Assembly (NCBI GenBank): GCA_963797095.1
Contig: CAWCNY010000003.1
Span: forward strand, 416,001 to 480,000
DNA: 64,000 nucleotides
Source of the DNA: an uncultured Chloroflexia bacterium
GTDB taxonomy: Bacteria > Chloroflexota > Chloroflexia > QHBQ01 > JADMIH01
Direction of reading: 5' to 3'
A model generated the notes under the pieces. It made no database searches. It saw only the letters and a list, made by a program, of their open reading frames with translations, and was not told where the DNA came from. Below, in pieces: positions 62,456-64,000 of the stretch (positions within the stretch are counted from its first letter, which is position 1; each line of letters opens with the position of its first letter). The position numbers and the translations under genes were made by a program.

Positions 62456-62950
62456 CTATTGTTGGAACTCCGGGGGGAGCATGGAGAGGACTACGGGCAC
62501 ATAGCCGCTGAACCAGTGGGCTACCTGCGAATCGCGCACGCCGTCGCTCAGGCCGGGGACCGGGAAGACGGTGGCTACCACCACCATCGCCATTGTGAGG
62601 GTGAGGGCTACGAGGAGGCCCAGGAGAGCACCCAGGAGGCGGTCGAGCCAGCCGAGGAAGAGGAGCCGGGCGACGATGCGCAGAACAGAGCCGACAACCC
62701 CGATAAGGAGGCTGAACAGGATCAGGATGCCGACAAAGGCGATAATATTCGCCCAGTTTTCGTCGGCTACGAGGCCTTTGCCGTCGGCGCCGTGAAGGGC
62801 TGAGGCTACATCAGCGTAGTAGCGCCCAGCGAGGAACAAACCACCGGCGAGTCCTACGAGGGCTATCACCTGGCGTATCAGGCCCCAGAAGAAACCTGCG
62901 ATGGTGCTCGTCGCCAGCGAGGCGAGAATCGTTATGTCAACTGCATTCAT
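62456..62950 (-). CDS. cvpA: CvpA family membrane protein
   Basis: MNAVDI, G...GLIRQ, LDRLLGALLG. Confidence 0.85.
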   Translation of the reverse strand: MNAVDITILASLATSTIAGFFWGLIRQVIALVGLAGGLFLAGRYYADVASALHGADGKGLVADENWANIIAFVGILILFSLLIGVVGSVLRIVARLLFLGWLDRLLGALLGLLVALTLTMAMVVVATVFPVPGLSDGVRDSQVAHWFSGYVPVVLSMLPPEFQQ

Positions 62951-64000
62951 TATTCCGGGAGGAGGCACATATCGAGGCTCCAACTGTTGAAGTAGCTGGT
63001 GGGCCACTGCTCGTTGGAATAGATGGTGACTTCGAGCACCCAGTTGCCGTGGGCTTGCTCGCCGTTTAGAGCGGAAAGCCTGCCACCATCGGGTTTGTAG
63101 GTTCCGTTGAAGTTCTGCAAGCATGAGTAGGGAATGGGGTCATTGGCCGCATCATCGAGCGTGACGTGCATGCTGACCAGGCTGCCGGGGTCGCAAGCCC
63201 AGGTAAAGAGGTGCACGCGAACGTTGTCGGGGGATATGAGGGTGCCGGTGATCACCTGCGGCTGCTCGTGGTCGCCTTTGAAGAGGTCGAGGTCCACGAT
63301 CTTGATGCTGGAGATTACGCCCGTCGCATCGACATATTGCCAGGAGACGAAGTCGGCGCGATTGGCATATTGCTTACCCTCAACTGTATAGGGGCCGAGG
63401 TCGGCAACGGGGGGCGGGATGCGGGTGTCGCGTGTACCTCTGTGCTCCATAACCCAGATGTTGCAAACCGGGGTGGCCTGGGCTACGGCGGTGGGCGTGG
63501 AGGTGCGGACGGTAGAGGTAGCGAGCGCCGCTCGCACAGTGGTAGAGGTAGGCTCGGCGCGTGCGACCGCAGTGGCGGTTGGAGCTGGGCCGGCGCTATT
63601 GGCGAAAATCCAGCCCTGGTTCCAGGCGACCAATCCGCCCACGATTACCAGGAGAATAGCCCCAAGCAAGGCGAACAAGCCCCATCGCGAGGGTTGAGGC
63701 TGGCGGGAGGCGGTCTTCTTACGAGATGAACCAACCGACAAGCGCATTGTGCCGGCTGCGCTGGCTGCATTGGCGGGGTTGGTACGCGAGTGCGCGGAGA
63801 TCGTGAATGGGTACGCGCCTGCGATTGCGCCGTTGTCCTCCGGCACGCGGACGTGCACTTTGATCTCCATGCTGTCGCCCGGGAAGAGGGTCAGGCTCTG
63901 AAGGTCGAGGGTATACCATGCGGATGGAATGCCATCTATCTCGATGGCGTACTGGTCTACCGCATCACTTGCGTTGCGGACTGTCGCGACAAAGTCGGCA
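62950..64000 (-). CDS. Membrane-anchored protein with Thr-rich linker and C-terminal proprotein-convertase P-like domain (5'-partial)
   Basis: Frame is open to the window edge; LISPD, LSALNGEQAHGNWVL, FNSWSL. Confidence 0.7.
   Translation of the reverse strand, partial: ADFVATVRNASDAVDQYAIEIDGIPSAWYTLDLQSLTLFPGDSMEIKVHVRVPEDNGAIAGAYPFTISAHSRTNPANAASAAGTMRLSVGSSRKKTASRQPQPSRWGLFALLGAILLVIVGGLVAWNQGWIFANSAGPAPTATAVARAEPTSTTVRAALATSTVRTSTPTAVAQATPVCNIWVMEHRGTRDTRIPPPVADLGPYTVEGKQYANRADFVSWQYVDATGVISSIKIVDLDLFKGDHEQPQVITGTLISPDNVRVHLFTWACDPGSLVSMHVTLDDAANDPIPYSCLQNFNGTYKPDGGRLSALNGEQAHGNWVLEVTIYSNEQWPTSYFNSWSLDMCLLPE

Noticed and set aside
62456-63124. 222-aa version of cvpA
   Set aside because: The N-terminal extension overlaps the upstream gene; family similarity begins at the ATG at 62950

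Overview
64 kb of a GC-rich bacterial chromosome. Chloroflexota-like is an inference from the SLH protein style and the unlinked 23S-5S operon. Backbone genes: nadK-tlyA-ruvC-yebC, an ECF sigma/anti-sigma pair, arsenic and copper clusters, pncB, two WYL regulators, a polyphosphate cluster (CYTH-CHAD, ppk1, ppx, sixA), a 23S-5S operon with no 16S, nth, and PadR-DUF1048-ABC. The main accessory feature is a nested 11.1-kb island (8667-19747). It is bounded by 13-bp ISAs1-type inverted repeats and an exact 10-bp target duplication, but it encodes no ISAs1 transposase. Inside lies an rve-integrase element (9088-14910), whose integrase gene is split by a 3.55-kb large-serine-recombinase (LSR) element inserted at an AA core. 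The best candidate for a new system is this LSR element. A start-less DUF5372-like ORF at one end gains its RBS and ATG from the other end, in frame, only on circularisation. Its HTH gene also ends in a -1 frameshift-like signal. Other highlights are three protein-free IS200/IS605-ended cassettes that look like promoter-driven omegaRNA-sized RNAs, a 22-aa 8-Cys peptide in the ars operon, and 7-bp tandem repeats that invade copA and 23S helix 45. All calls come from reading the sequence by eye; no searches were run.
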